DNA from: the human T2T-CHM13v2.0 reference genome, Homo sapiens
Direction: 5' to 3' (one strand)
Assembly (NCBI RefSeq): GCF_009914755.1
Contig: NC_060936.1
DNA: 64,000 nucleotides
Shown here: positions 33,905 to 47,399 of the stretch, piece by piece
Layout: the number at the start of each line of letters is the position of its first letter
Numbering within the stretch: position 1 is the first letter of the stretch
Program-made: the position numbers and the translations under genes
Notes under the pieces: model-generated
What the model was told of the DNA's origin: nothing
Databases searched by the model: none
Seen by the model: only the letters and a program-made list of their open reading frames with translations

Positions 33905-34288
33905 GGTAACAGACAAGGTTCACACAGAACAATGCAACCTACTATAGGTATTTCAAGCAGAAAGAAATCAACACAAGGGATTCCTAATTTGGCACCCACT
34001 GTGGCTGCCTGACCTCTCTCATGCTCTGGGGCTCCATTGGCACATCCTCAAGGTAATGTCATTTCCCATTCTTGGAAGAAGAGCTCTGATTTCCCCAACT
34101 CTCTCTCCCCAGCTTGGCTTTAGTGACAATCAAGAACAACCCCTACAAGGGAGCTGTCACTTCCACTCAGACATTTCTCCCAGAGAGTGACAACTTGGCT
34201 GTGGCTTCTTTCCCCCTCTTGCTTGTGAATTCTAGGCACAATGGTATATATTTTAAGGGAAGGGGAAAAGCAGAAATCCTAGCAGAAA
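33905..34288 (+). repeat. Donor copy of a ~380-bp local duplication (possibly old MaLR-derived sequence)
   Basis: About 91-92% identical to 31851-32231 by manual alignment. Confidence 0.9.
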
Positions 34289-34750
34289 TATGAGCTATAT
34301 TCTCTTCCCCCTGGGTTTCATCTGTTCAGCATTAGTCCAGAATCTGGTAATGAGAATGAAAGAAAGGACAAGATGACCCATGCAGAGTGCAGCAACACCT
34401 TCTTGTTCTCAAGTCACAGATGAAAAAAAAAAAAACTGTTCTGACAAGAGATTTGCGTAGACTTGAAAGGTCTTCACTAGATTCACTTCGTGCTGCTATC
34501 CCACAGCCCCACTGTATGATGCTTCTCTCATCTTAGTCACCAATGGAGCTTGCAGGAACCAATTTGCCTGGCCCTGAGCTTCTCTTCCTCTTTTTACCTC
34601 CAGCCTTTTGTTCGTTTTGCTACTTTTAGGTCCACAACAGCGTAAGTCCCCTAAATTTTCTACATGTCAAATATAAAACTGTAAATGACACAAAATTTAA
34701 TAAGGAAAAAAGTGAAAAACAGAAGTATAACATTAAAATTTAGTGTTCTC

Positions 34751-35065
<315 letters not shown>

Positions 35066-35667
35066 TAAAATTTTGTGTTCTCTGTGGATTTAGTATACTC
35101 CTTAAAATATAAAAACTGTATATCAAAGTTAATGAAATATTTGTATAATCACTGTCTCCAAGGGCCATATTGAAGACTGAGCGGGTAACCTTCATCACAA
35201 TCTCCAAGCCCCTCAAGCTGCCTCCTTTGTCCTCAAGATGGCTAATATATTTTTTTCTTGCTGCAATAAGTTGATTTGCTTCTCCCCAAAAGATATGTCT
35301 AAGTCCTAACCCCGATACCTATGAATGTACTCTTATCTGAAGAAAGCGTCCTCATAGATATATTAAGTTATAAATCTCAAGATGAGATCATCCTGGATTT
35401 AGAGTGGGCCCTTATAAGAGATAATTCAATGGCGGGTCCTTATAAGAGAGAGCAATGAAGAAGACACATAGAGACACAGGGAAGAAGACCACGTGAAGAA
35501 AAGGTGGAGGTTGGACTGGGGCATCTACAAACCAAGGAATTGCAAGCATCGCTGGCAGCCCCCAGAAGCTGGGAGAGAGGCATGGAATTGATTCTTCCTG
35601 AGAATCTCCAGAGAGAACCAATCCTGCTGACACCTTAAATTTGGACTCCTGGCTTCTTAGAGTTTGA

Positions 35668-36002
<335 letters not shown>

Positions 36003-36058
36003 CAAGTTCTGTTGTTTTAAGCCATCTAGTTTGTGATAATTTGTTAAGGAAGCCCTAG

Positions 36059-36614
36059 TGTAGCAGTGGAAAGGAAACCTAGCATGACTGTCTCCATTTT
36101 GCTCCTAACCACTTCCACTTCCCCACCTGCAGTGATATCTTTTAGGTTAACTGCTTTTGCTTATCTCTGCACATAGACCAAGCTAACTATGGGAAGAATT
36201 TAGTTTCTTATTTAACTTGAAAGAAGTACAACAGTAGTCCCATTCCAAAATTAACCCCCAAGGAGATAAGAAGAGTATATACACAAGTCACAATGTCGTG
36301 TTAAAGATTTATAGGAGCATTGTAACCTGACCAAGGACAAAAAAGCTTCACAAACTCCCCTTGGACTTCCAGTGCTGCCCAGATGTCTGTGGTCATCAGT
36401 CACCTCTTGACCTCAAGCCTCTCCCTCTTTTCCCTTTCCCTAACATAAAAAGAGCTTAAAATTCTATTAACTTAAGATGGATCTTTAGGACTCTAGTCCA
36501 CCATCTTCTTGGTTTGCTGGCTCTCCAAATGGTCACTTTCCTTGCCCCAACACCTGGTCTCTTGATTTGTTGGCTGTCATATAGTGAGTAGCACGAGCTT
36601 CGAACTTGGGTACA
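36059..36614 (+). mobile_element. MER4-group ERV1 solo LTR
   Basis: TG...CA ends; ctccattttgctcctaacc, accaagctaactatgggaagaatttagttt. Confidence 0.75.
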
Positions 36615-36706
36615 CAGGAAACAAGTACACTTGGTCATCTTTGCTGTTTTTCTATTGTTAGAGCCCACTCTGTACACCAGTTATTACTGCTGCAGTTTCA
36701 TTATAA

Positions 36707-36908
36707 TAGGGGTTGGCATGCTTTTTTTGTAAAGGGCCAAATAGTGAATATTTAGGCTTTGTGTGCCATGTCTCTGTCACAATTTCCCAGCTCTGCAGTT
36801 GTAGTGCAAAAGTAGCCACTGACAATATATAAATGAGTGGGTGTGGCTGTTTCCCAATAAAACTTTATTTACAAAAGCAGGTGGTAGGCCATAGTTTACT
36901 GATCCCTT
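36707..36908. mobile_element. MER58A (hAT-Charlie)
   Basis: aggggttggca...gtaaagggccaaatagtgaatatttaggctttg...ccaataaaactttatttacaaaagcagg. Confidence 0.88.
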
Positions 36909-38425
36909 AAAGGAAAAACTCTTTCTTCTACAGTCTCAACACTTCTGACACCATATATGTGAGGGTTTCCCCCATGCCAACCAATTCTCCAACTCTCTTG
37001 ACACCAACTAGGTGTCCTACAAGTAAATTATGACAGTACTACCTGGAGTTAATGCAAACCTCACAGGTTAAGAGCTCAGTCCCACAAAACTGCCCCCCAC
37101 TTCAGATGCCAGTCACAAGTCCCAGGTTGTCACTCATACTTTTGACCAATTTGACCTGATCTATAGATCAGGAGTTCCCACACCTCCTTCTTCTGGTTTG
37201 ATAATTTAGTATAATTTTTCACAGAACTCAGGGACACACTTACTTATGTTTACTAGTTTGTTATAGAGAATACAATAAAGGATACAGATGAACAGCCAGA
37301 TGAATAGCACAAAGTGGGAGGTTCCAAAGGGTCCCAAGTACAGGAGTTCTATCCCTGCGGATCAAGGGTGTGCCACCCTCCTGGCACATGGATGTGTTCA
37401 CCAACCTACAAACGCTCTGTATCCCATCTTTTAGGAATTTTTTTGATGGCTTTGTTACCAGAAAGAGACCTCCATTCAGACCCAAAGAGAGGGTTCTTGG
37501 ACCTTGTACAAGAAAGAATTCAGGGTGAGTCTATAGAGTGAAGGGAAAGGAAGTTTATTAAGAAAGTAAAGGAATTAAAAAATCGCTACAAAAAAGAATA
37601 GGCAGAACAGTAGCATGGGCTGCTCAACTGATTATACTTGCAGTTATTTCTTGATTATATGCTAAACAAGCGGTGGATTATTAATGAGTTTTTGGGGAAA
37701 GGGGTGGACAATTCCTGGAGCTGAGGGTTCCTCCCATTTTTAAACTATATAGGGTAAAGTCCTGTTGTTGCCATGGCATCTGTAAACTGTCATGGCACTG
37801 GTAGGAGTGCCTTTTAGCATGCTAATACATTATAATTAGCATATAGTGAGCAGTGAGGACAATCAGAGGTCACCTTCGTCACCATCTTGGTTTTGGTGGG
37901 ATTTGGCTGGTGTCTTTACCACAGGCTATTTTATCAGCAAGGTCTTTGTAACCTGTATCTTGACCTCCTATTTCATCCTGTGACTTAGAATGTCTAACCT
38001 CCTAGGAATGCAGCCCAGTAAGTCTCAGTCTCATTTTACCCACTCCCTATTCAAGATGGAGTCACTCTGGTTCAAATGCCTCTGACAGCTTCATCACATA
38101 GGCCCAATCAATTATTAACTCAGTGTCTAGCCCCTCTCTCCTTCCTGGAGGATGAGGGGTAGGACTGAAAATTCCAAGCTTCTAATAATGGCTTGGTTTT
38201 TCTGGTGGCCAGCCCTCATCTTGAAGCTATTCAGGAGCCAACCAAGAGTTGCTTCATTAGAACAACAGATATTACTATTACCTAAGATATGTAAATGGAT
38301 TTAGGAACTCTATGTCAGGAACCAGGGGCAGAGACCAAATATTAGAACACAAAATGCTCCTAGCACTTCTATTACTTAGGAAATGCAAGGGTTTTAGGAG
38401 CTCTGGGCACTAAAACTATGTTACA
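36909..38425 (-). mobile_element. MER21-family LTR, interrupted by a MER51-like LTR
   Basis: acacttctgacacca...cagtcccacaaaactgccccccacttcagatgccagtcacaagtccc; resumes at 38088. Confidence 0.8.
37453..38087 (-). mobile_element. MER51-like ERV1 solo LTR
   Basis: tgttaccagaaag...caagatggagtcactctggttcaaatgcctctgaca; perfect 4-bp TSD GCTT. Confidence 0.85.
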
Positions 38426-38504
38426 GCCCTGAATTGTAATGTTTTAGCCTGAGATCTTGGTGGCTCATCTCTTAGCAGTCCTCCTAGAGTCCTCTGTATA
38501 CCAT

Positions 38505-39093
38505 TGTAACCATAATAGGTTCATTGCCTGATGCACATGGCAAGTCAATATACTGTGACACCAGCAGAGAAAGAGGTTTAATCTCAGGGCCACAGAACAA
38601 GGAGGTGAGAAAGAACCTCAAATTCATCTCCCAGAGGAGTTTGGGACTAGGGTTTTTAAGGGTTTTGGAGTGAGCCAAAATCATTATTTGGTCAACGAGT
38701 GCAGGGTGAAGTCATGGGACAGGGAGATGAAGAAGCTATATTCTCATGCTGATCCCATTCCTCTGTGGGGGTCTTCAAACTGGCTACTGGAATTCGGGGT
38801 CTGAAAAACATCTTAAGCAATCCTTAAATAAAAGCCTTATGATTCTAATGTCAGAGAGCCTGTCTATAGGAATAACAGGGATGAAATCAATTCTTAAACA
38901 GTCTTAAGACCCTAATGTCAGAAATCCTACCTATAGAAACAATGGGCATTCAAATGGTCAGTATCTAGTGGTATGGTGACTTTTAGTAACAAGGAAGTGG
39001 GCCAGAGTACAGCCTGACTAATGCTTAAGTATAACTATATTTCTGTCCAGAAACTGGTATGCAATTTTTATCAACCCTGTGGGGATGGTTTTA
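38505..39093 (-). mobile_element. MER4-group ERV1 solo LTR
   Basis: tgtaaccataataggttcattgcctgatgcac...ggatggtttta; 4-bp TSD CCAT. Confidence 0.8.
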
Positions 39094-39872
39094 CCATTTC
39101 TCCCTGAAGCATTAAGAAGTCTTCATGCAAAAGAATTTCTGATGGCTTGTTTTGATTTCCCAAATTCTCTGATATAGATTTGCTTTGAGTTCCTATTTTC
39201 ACCACTGGTTATCTTAAAATAATCATCTGACCCACTTTATTTCCTATTTCTCAGTTTAAAAAAATTCCAGTCACGAAATATCCTTTTCTTTTTCTTCTTA
39301 CATCCTACAGACCCATTTTCATAGTGGATTTGTGGAACTAATGATAGACGCATTTGTGACTGGCATTTGATTGCACTGAGCTGTCAGCTGCCGTGGAGTA
39401 TGCTTCAAAGTGTGCGGGTGGCTTCAAACACTCGGGCAAGCAGCCTTGCAGCTCTACACTGCTGAGTGGAGGAAATGACAAGAAAAGAAAGAAGGAGCTG
39501 TTTATTTTATGTAACTTTTATTTTAAGATCAAGAACAATGGGAGTGGGGAGGGGAGAGAGACACAGAGAGAGATGGATTCTTCCAAAACAATAAATGATT
39601 ATTCAGAGGTAGGGGGAAAAATGCACAATGTAGTAAAAAAGAAAACAAAATTTTGTACCAGTAAACAAAAATCAGTTATTTGGTCTGTATAGGGCAGTGG
39701 AGCTTTAAAACACAAGTGTCAATGTGAGAGAAGAAGATTTGTTTGAATTCAGAAAGAAGTATTTGGGGTTGAAATGGAAAGTGAGATAGAACCCTTCACC
39801 AAAAATCTGAGACAAATAGATAGGCTCTGATCTACACAGTTCATCCTCTCTTTGACTGTCTAGTTTAGTTCC

Positions 39873-41175
39873 TATATTAATTTCCTATGGCTGCTATAAC
39901 AAATTACCACAAACTTGATGCTTTAAGACAATAGAAATTTATTCCTTTATTCTCTCATGGTTCTGGAGTCCAAAAGTCCAAAATAAATATCACTGGGCTG
40001 AAATCAAGGTGTCTACAGGGTTGTGCTCCCTTTGGAAGCTATAGGGGAGAATCTTTCCTTGGATCTTCCAGCTTTAGTGGCTGTTGGTGTTTTTTGACTT
40101 GGGGCCACATTACTCCAATTTCTGCCTCTAAGGTCACACTACATTCTCCTCTTCTGCCTTCCCCTCTTCTGATTATGTCAAATCTCCCTCTGCCTCCCTC
40201 TTGTAAGGGTATATGTGATGGAGAAACTGCCTTCATAAAATTAATAAAAAGCCACAAATTAAAATTATGGTAGGGCCCCGAATTTTGTTAAGATATTTTT
40301 CTTTCTCTCTGACATTTTCCTCCTTCATACATTATTGCTTGCACATAAACATTTCAATAAACAATAGTCACTAATAATTGATTATCTTCCTATCCTAGCC
40401 CCCAGCCAGGACGTCTGCAATATTAATGAACTTGTTTTTCACTTAAAGAACAATGATCCTTAGCTCATGCAGACCACCTCAATGACTTCCAAAAGCTGAA
40501 TTGGCTGAGGGGTTGAGCAGCTTTGACCACTGGGTATCTCATCTCCTGAAAACCTTTCTGCTAAGGTATAGGGATAGTTAAATGATATCCCACCATTGTT
40601 TCCTAGCTTGATTTTCTATAGTAACTGGCAGTCACAAACGCTATTGTGAAACCTAAGACTGGTCTTCAAGATATTTTTCAGACTTTGCATACAAGTGGAC
40701 CAACTGATACCAACTGGACCAGTTGCCCTTGACCCCAACCAAGGAAGTGATTTGATTGGTCCTGTTACTCCCCTGCCTTCCTGAACTGACTCAATGCATG
40801 AAGACAGTTTCAATTTCATCCCCAGCACATCAGCAGCACCCATTCCCTAGCCCCCTGCCTGCCAATCCATCCTTAAAAATTCTAGCCTCTGAATTCTTGA
40901 GGAGATGGCTTTGAGAAATATCTTCCATCCTCCTTGCTCAGTTGTCTTGTGATAATTAAACTCTTTCTTTACTACAACACCTGCTGTCTCAGTGTTTGGC
41001 TTTATCTGTGCAGTGGACAAGAACCCTGTCAGGTAGTAACAATGGCCGGGAAGGCCCACCCAGTTAAAGGCTAAAGACTTTTTTTTTTCCTTTGGCCATA
41101 TAAGGTAACATTCCCAGGTTATAGGGATTAGGATGTGCCTATCTTTTAGAGGACCATTTTTTCATCCCATGACAG
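39873..41175 (-). mobile_element. MLT1C/D MaLR LTR, interrupted by an ERV1 LTR
   Basis: ttcctatggctgctataacaaattaccacaaactt...; resumes with ccatataaggtaacattcccaggttatagggattagg. Confidence 0.8.
40222..41041 (+). mobile_element. MER4/LTR8-group ERV1 solo LTR
   Basis: gaaactgccttcataaaatt...ataattaaactctttcttt...caggtagtaaca; 4-bp TSD ATGG. Confidence 0.8.
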
Positions 41176-41559
41176 CCCCCAAACTTTATACTCACCACCA
41201 CCAACAAGAACAAAAGACAAAAGCAGTGCAGCTCAGACTCAACTTCCTCAGAGGGCAGTGAAGCAAGCCCCTTTGAGCAGGGTAAGAGAGCAAAGACAGT
41301 TGGCTCAGTTTACCAAATATTTCAACCACATACAGTGTTTCAGCCCATCCATATAGACTGGCTGCCCAGACATTACATGGTTGTCCTTTTCTTTAATCAG
41401 GCTCCTATAAGGGAGTGATTATGAAAATGACCTAAGAAATGCAAAGGTTGGGTCATATTTCAAATAGGCAGAAAGTCAGAAAAATTTTTTATATGAACGT
41501 GTTTCTAAGAAAATAATTGTTTTAAAATATGGTCACTGGAGACCCTGGATTCAAGGCAT

Positions 41560-41750
41560 AGGGCTCATTGTACTGATACATATCCACTCATTCCTCTTGA
41601 TTTAAACATACCTATAAAATTATACAAAACCAGGAAGCATTTTAAACTACTCCTTGGACACTTCCACATGAATATCCTGTCACATGCACCTCAACCTCAT
41701 TATGTCCAAAACAGGACAAAATACCTTTCACCAGGAACCTGTCTTTTTTA
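41560..41750 (+). mobile_element. L2 fragment
   Basis: ttggacacttccacatgaatatcctgtcacatgcacctcaacctcattatgtccaaaac. Confidence 0.5.
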
Positions 41751-41789
41751 TTCATTGTTATATCTTGACAGCAGCTGTGTTAACCTGAG

Positions 41790-41920
41790 ATAAATTAGCT
41801 TTGAAATTGAAAACCCTATGAAACTGTGTAAAAACTTTAGTATATGTGGGCTTATGCCTTTTTCAGGGGAGATTTCCATAGCTTTCATCAGATTCTCCCT
41901 GGAATCTTTGACCTCAAAAC
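41790..41920. mobile_element. hAT-Charlie-type MITE fragment
   Basis: ccatagctttcatcagattctc...tttgacctcaaaa. Confidence 0.5.
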
Positions 41921-42859
41921 AGAAATGAAAGCCAGCTGTGGCGTGGCACTCAGCCAAGTCTGCATAAACATTTGCTGCATAGTGCTGGACATTCTCAGTA
42001 GAGAATGTCCACTGTTTATTTGCATGCATTTGTGTATTGTCATAAATTTTCAGGATGGCTGATCAGGGCTTAGGGTTCAGTAAGTCACTGTAAGACAAAT
42101 TCTGTCACCATGTCTTTCCCGCTAAGTAGAGGTACATGTCTAGGATCAAGTACAAAAGCAAGGTCTTTACCTCTCTGAGGAAATGAATTTTGCCCTCAAG
42201 AATAAGGGAGCAAAGGACCTTACTGAGCATCTTTTCTGTGTCTAAGAATTATTTTGATATGCCAACATGTATCTAATAGACCTTCTTATTCTTGGAATAG
42301 CTTGTCCCATCCCCTCCAACTTTTCTTAATTCATCCTTCAGGTATCAGCTTAAATAAATATTTCTTCCTGAGTAAAAGACTTCCCTGATCAACAACCCTG
42401 GGAAAAGACCACAAACTCAAATTTTGAAATATTGGTCTGGTTTTTTACTGAAGATCTCCATGCAGGAAAGTGAACTGGATCACCAGCTAGAAGCTGGGGA
42501 CTTGGGGACTATCACACTTTGCTCTTGACTCTGGAACACTCCAATATTTCCCTCCAATCCCATCCCTGCTCAGAATCACTTTGGCATCCACAGGGAAGGG
42601 AAGGCTTGTGCTTAGCAGCAAATAAATTTTGATAGGCTATTACATTTGAAAAAGAGATTAAAATGGACATTTTGAAAACAAAAACAGTCACAGTACTCCT
42701 TAGGAAAACTAAGGAAGACTAAGGACGCTATGTCATTGAAAACCATCATGATAAATGTTTAAGGGAATAAAATATTAAGGATTTTTTTCCCCACTGAATT
42801 TTTAATTTTTAGAAACTATAAAGTTCTATTGATTTGGAGGAATTGGTTTTCCCTTCACA

Positions 42860-43075
42860 ATACATTCTTCTATCAGTTTATATTTTTTGCTTATGGCATT
42901 TATTACAATTATAATTAAATAACACATTTATATAATTTTATGTTTAATGACTTTCTTTTGCCCTTGTGCATAGCTCGGTAAGGGCAAGTAATGTCTATCT
43001 TTTGTATTGCCTGACAGTTCCATGCACATAGTGGATGCCAATAAATATTTGATAGATGTAATGGAAGGATTAATT
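42860..43075 (+). mobile_element. L2 3' end
   Basis: gcacatagtggatgccaataaatatttgatagatg. Confidence 0.6.
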
Positions 43076-43233
43076 AATATAGAATTATGATTGTTTCTCT
43101 TTCCCACTGAGAGCTGTCCTTTGACCATACCAGTTAATTATTGAATATGATTTCTTTTTTAAAATGTAGTCTTGGGTGTTTCAAATGAATATGATTCTTG
43201 AAGTGGTATTATTCTACATAGCTCTTCCTAAAG

Positions 43234-43456
43234 CAGGGCTTCTCAGTCTCAGCACAATTGTCATTTTAGACAGGATAATTCTTTGTTGTGGGTGTCTGTC
43301 CTGTGCATTGCAGGATGTTTAGCAGTGTCTCTGACCTCTACCTACTAAATGCCAGTAGCACCACCTCCCCCAAGTTGTGACAACCTAAAGTGTCTCCAAA
43401 CATTGCCACATGTCCCCTGGGGGGCAGAATTGCCCTCCCGAGTAGAAAACCACTTA
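43234..43456. mobile_element. MER20 (hAT-Charlie)
   Basis: ggataattctttgttgtggg...ctgtcctgtgcattgcaggatgtttagcag...tctccaaacattgccacatgtcccctgggggg. Confidence 0.9.
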
Positions 43457-44688
43457 TTAAAGGAAGAAGAGATATTTCTGAATCTGGGACACAATTCCCC
43501 TGGCATGATGTAAAAGGGGAAAATGAAACTGTAGCTGAATGCCCTAAAATCGAGGCATCTGAGGCAATCTTTGCTAGGTGTTTTGTTTTGCTTTGCTTCC
43601 ATTTACTGTAATACATCTGTACTCCAAAAAATTATTGGTTTTTATACTTTGGTGTGTTTTTTTTAAGTATTATTTCTTAGTTTCTTTCTGCAAATACCTC
43701 TAGAAAAATTCCAGTTTTATCTCTGTTGAACTAAGAGGAAGAAGAATTTTATTTTTTAGAAATTCAGCAGGACAGTTACCTGACCCTGAGACAGATGGAA
43801 ACCCAGAAAAGATCACAGAATAGGGGGCAGCTAGGATGTGGTTTCTGAGATGTCTGAGCCACTCTTCACAGTGTGGTTAGGGAGAGCTTCTGACAGCCTC
43901 CTTTGGACAAGCAACAAACCACATGGAAAGGTGACTGGAGCTACCAAGAGTCACATTCTTCAGAGGGTAGATGTTAGAAGTTACTTAGTAATATCTCAGT
44001 TTTGTGTTTTATCAGTTCTGGGTCTTTCTAAACAAAGCATCAAAGAAAGGGAGAATTTAGAGGGAATAATTTTTTTGGTTGTTTTTGCTTTAAAAATTAA
44101 TGACAGCAGTTTCTGCATCCTGAGGAGCTATAAAACTCCTCTCCATAGAAAATCTGTTCAATTCTTTTTTTTAGGAATACATGAGGAATGAAGTTGCAAA
44201 CTGAACACACACTAAAACTCAAAGGTACAAAGACATGTAACTTTAAGACAGTTATTTAGTTTCCAACAGCTGGAAGTCAAAAGCAGGATATTGATTTCTC
44301 CCTCCTCTTTGCATTTCCTCCTGCTACAAACCTAATTCTCCCAAAGGCAAGCAGATACCTCTGGGAGAACAGAGAAGAGGCCATGTATAAAATGATAAAA
44401 GATAAAAGTGGAAGTTATCATATTAATTGTAAAAAGCACAAAATCAATCCTTGTTATTTCCATTTCACTCATTAATGAGCCTTTTAGCTGTGAAAGGCAA
44501 GGCCCACAGACAATATTGTGCATTCAGGAGGATCGGACAACGTTCGGCATCATAAAGTTGAAGTGCTTCCTCCTGGGGTAAGGAAATTTTTTTAATGTAA
44601 AACAACTTCTATCCTCATCTGGATAGATACAAAAAGTGGAACTTATATAAAAGAGGAAATGGGAAATGAAAATCTGGGGAGTGAGGGA

Positions 44689-45036
44689 TGTTAAAAGATA
44701 AACTTAGGCATGTTACAATGTTAAAGAATTCATTTGAGCAAACAGCAATTCACGAATTGGGCAGCACCAAATTGCAAGTGGTTTGGGCTCCACTGAAGGG
44801 GCCTAGGGGGAAAGTGCAAGAAGCAGATGGCAGGGGGGCTTTTATCTATTTTATTGATTAAACTAGAACAGTAGCCTTAAAGTCCCTAGTTAGAGGTTAG
44901 TTGGTGGTTTCTAATTGGTTAGACTTACATTTCATTTTATTGTTTTCATCAACTTGGGTTTTGGTTTGTTTAGTAGCAACCAAAGGCACTGGAGCCATCT
45001 CAGCATAATGGCCTCCCATTTAAATTTTCTTTAACA
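44689..45036 (-). mobile_element. MER57/MER93-like ERV1 solo LTR
   Basis: tgttaaaagataaacttaggc...aaattttctttaaca; TSD ggga/gggg. Confidence 0.75.
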
Positions 45037-45705
45037 GGGGAATCCTTAACAATTTGGTGGGAGAGCAGGCCTGAGGGAGAGGACGACTACCAACAGGTCA
45101 GTCTTCATGGGAGTGAAGACTAGACTACAGGAATTGGGGTGTCTGATGTCTGACTCCCCACTGCTGACTCTCCATTGTCACCCTGTGGCAGCACTACTGT
45201 GGAGCATAAGGGTACAACTATGGTCCTGTTTGGGGATGAAGTAGACCAGAAGGAAATGGAGATTTTGTGATAAAATGACCAGAGGCCACTGAGAAGAATC
45301 TGGGAGCAGGAGTCTGGAGTGAGAGCTGACAGGCAACGACTAGTACGGGTGTCTTCCCCGACACCAATCCAGATCTGGGTCCTTCCAGGTCTATATGAAG
45401 GAGATATAATTTTCTCATGTTAAATGTGAGTGTGGTAGATTCAAAATGGACCCAAATTCTTTGTCACTCCCCACATTGAGAAGGGGTGTTTATTTTCCAC
45501 AGTCTTGAATCTAGTCTGGCCCTGTGACTGCTCTAACCAAGAGAATGTGGTGGAGTAATGCTGGGCCAATACTGGGCCTAAGCCTTGAGAGGTCTGGCAC
45601 CTTCTGCTTTGTAGAACCCTGTGTCACCTCGTGGCTATGGTTCTAGAAAGAACACATGAAAAACCACATAGAGGCCAGGTGACAGTGTGAGGCTCTGAGC
45701 GGGGA

Positions 45706-46715
45706 TGGGGTTCAGGACACAATGCTCCAAAATATGACTGGAGGAGGCAAAAATGCCACCACAGATGTGCTTCTTTGGCATGAGGATTATTTTGAGCTGA
45801 TTATTTTGAGAAACTGTGGACACAGGGGAAGCTCTGAAAATAAGGGTAAAAGTACCCCTGTGTAAGAAAAATTTACCTCTCTAAACAAAATCTCCATTTG
45901 AAAGGGTGTCTCCAGAGGGATCATGGTGATGGAAGGCAGAACTAGATTGCAGCTCTGACTCGAATGGACAGAGCAGCATGTGGAGGCTCACGTCAAGAAT
46001 TTTTGCTCCAGAATGACTGCAGGAATGAATCAGGAAACCTGGAGGACCCACAGACCCTCTGAAGGAAGCGGACTGCTCCTGTGGGACCCAGGAGACATCC
46101 CAAATACTGTGCTGTTATTTACAGCTGAGAGACCCACAGACAGTTCACATCACAGGACTCTGTGCAGACAACCTTCCCTGCACCCTGTCGGCCCCGGAGC
46201 CTGGTAGACTTGCTGGGTGGCTAGATCCAGAAGAGAGATAACAATCACTAGAGCTTGGCTTCCAGGAAGCCACATCCAGAGGAAAAGGGGAAGAGTACTA
46301 CATCAAGGGAACACCCTGTGGGACAAAAGAATCTGAACAACAGCCTTCAGCCCTAGACCTTCCCTCTAACAGAGTCTACCCAAATGAGAAGGAACCAGAA
46401 GACCAATTCGTAATATGAAAGGGTGTCTGCCTCTGTACCATGAAGAGAAGGATGACTCGGAATCACTAGAAACCCAATGGAGAAGGCACCAACTTAAATC
46501 TGCATAACAAACCTAACCCTTGTTTACTATGCTTTTCCTGGGCATCTCCTCATTGCTGCCCCCTTCACACACACATACACACACACACACACACACACCT
46601 TCTACAAAACAAACTTCTACTATTTTTTCTCTTGTTAATCTGTCTTTTGTTACAGGGGTCTGTCTCAACTAAGAACCATGAAGGATAGAGGAAAAATTAT
46701 TTTTCCTGTCCTACA
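45706..46715 (+). mobile_element. MER39/MER34-family solo LTR, interrupted by an L1PB 5' end; contains (CA)n
   Basis: ggttcaggacac...ccaaaatatgact...ctttggcatgaggattattttgagctg...ttttcctgtcctaca. Confidence 0.8.
45914..46416 (+). mobile_element. L1PB (L1PBa-type) 5' UTR, apparently spliced, ending ~33 nt into ORF1, no poly(A)
   Basis: Start gggatcatggtgatggaaggcagaactagattgcagctc; ATGAGAAGGAACCAG at 46384; 14-bp TSD gaaagggtgtct(c/g)c at 45900-45913 and 46417-46430. Confidence 0.82.
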
Positions 46716-46813
46716 GATGACATAGAGAAAAAGAGTAACCCATACAAATCCAGCCTTCAATCCATCCTTGCCAAGGTGCCAGACATGTGAATGAACCATT
46801 GGTTATTGCAGCC

Positions 46814-47210
46814 TGCTATGGTTTGAATGTGTCCCCTCCAAAATCCAGGGGTTGAAACCTAATAACCAATGTGATCGTATTGAGAGGTGGGTCCTTTAGT
46901 AAGTGATTAGGTCATGAGGGCTTCTTCCTACATGAATGTAATTAAGGCTCTTATAAAAGAGGCTTCATGCAGTATTAGACTCTTTTGCTCTTCTATCTTC
47001 TACCAGGTGAGGACATATTGGTCCTCCTCTCTGGAGGATGCAGGAACAAGGAACCATCTTGGAAACAGAAACTGGGTTCTTACCAGACACCAATTATGCC
47101 AACACCTGGATCTTGGACTTCCCAGCTTCCAGAACTGTGAGAAAATATATTTCTGTTCTTTATAAAGTACCCAGTCTCAGGTATTTTGTTATTGCAGTGC
47201 AAACAAAGAC
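46814..47210 (+). mobile_element. MST-family MaLR LTR (MSTB/D-like)
   Basis: tgctatggtttgaatgtgtcccctccaaaatcc...ttacccagtctcaggtattttgttattgcag-like end. Confidence 0.85.
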
Positions 47211-47399
47211 CATAATCTCATTGCACCTGCATGAGACTCCAAAAGAGATCAGCAGAAGACCTCCTGGCTGACCCCCATCAATCCATAGAAGTATGAGATA
47301 GTGGTTGTTTTAGGCCACTACGTGTTAGGGTGCTGTGTTACTAGCTACAACAGTGGGATAGGGCTAAGGTTATTTTGCTTGGATTATGGGGGCAGGGAA

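Larger units (their letters stand above)
45431..47350 (+). mobile_element. MLT1F/G/H-type MaLR LTR hosting nested insertions
   Basis: tgtggtagattcaaaatgg...ctgtgactgctctaacc; resumes at 46716-46813 and 47211-47350 (ggttgttttaggccact). Confidence 0.75.
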
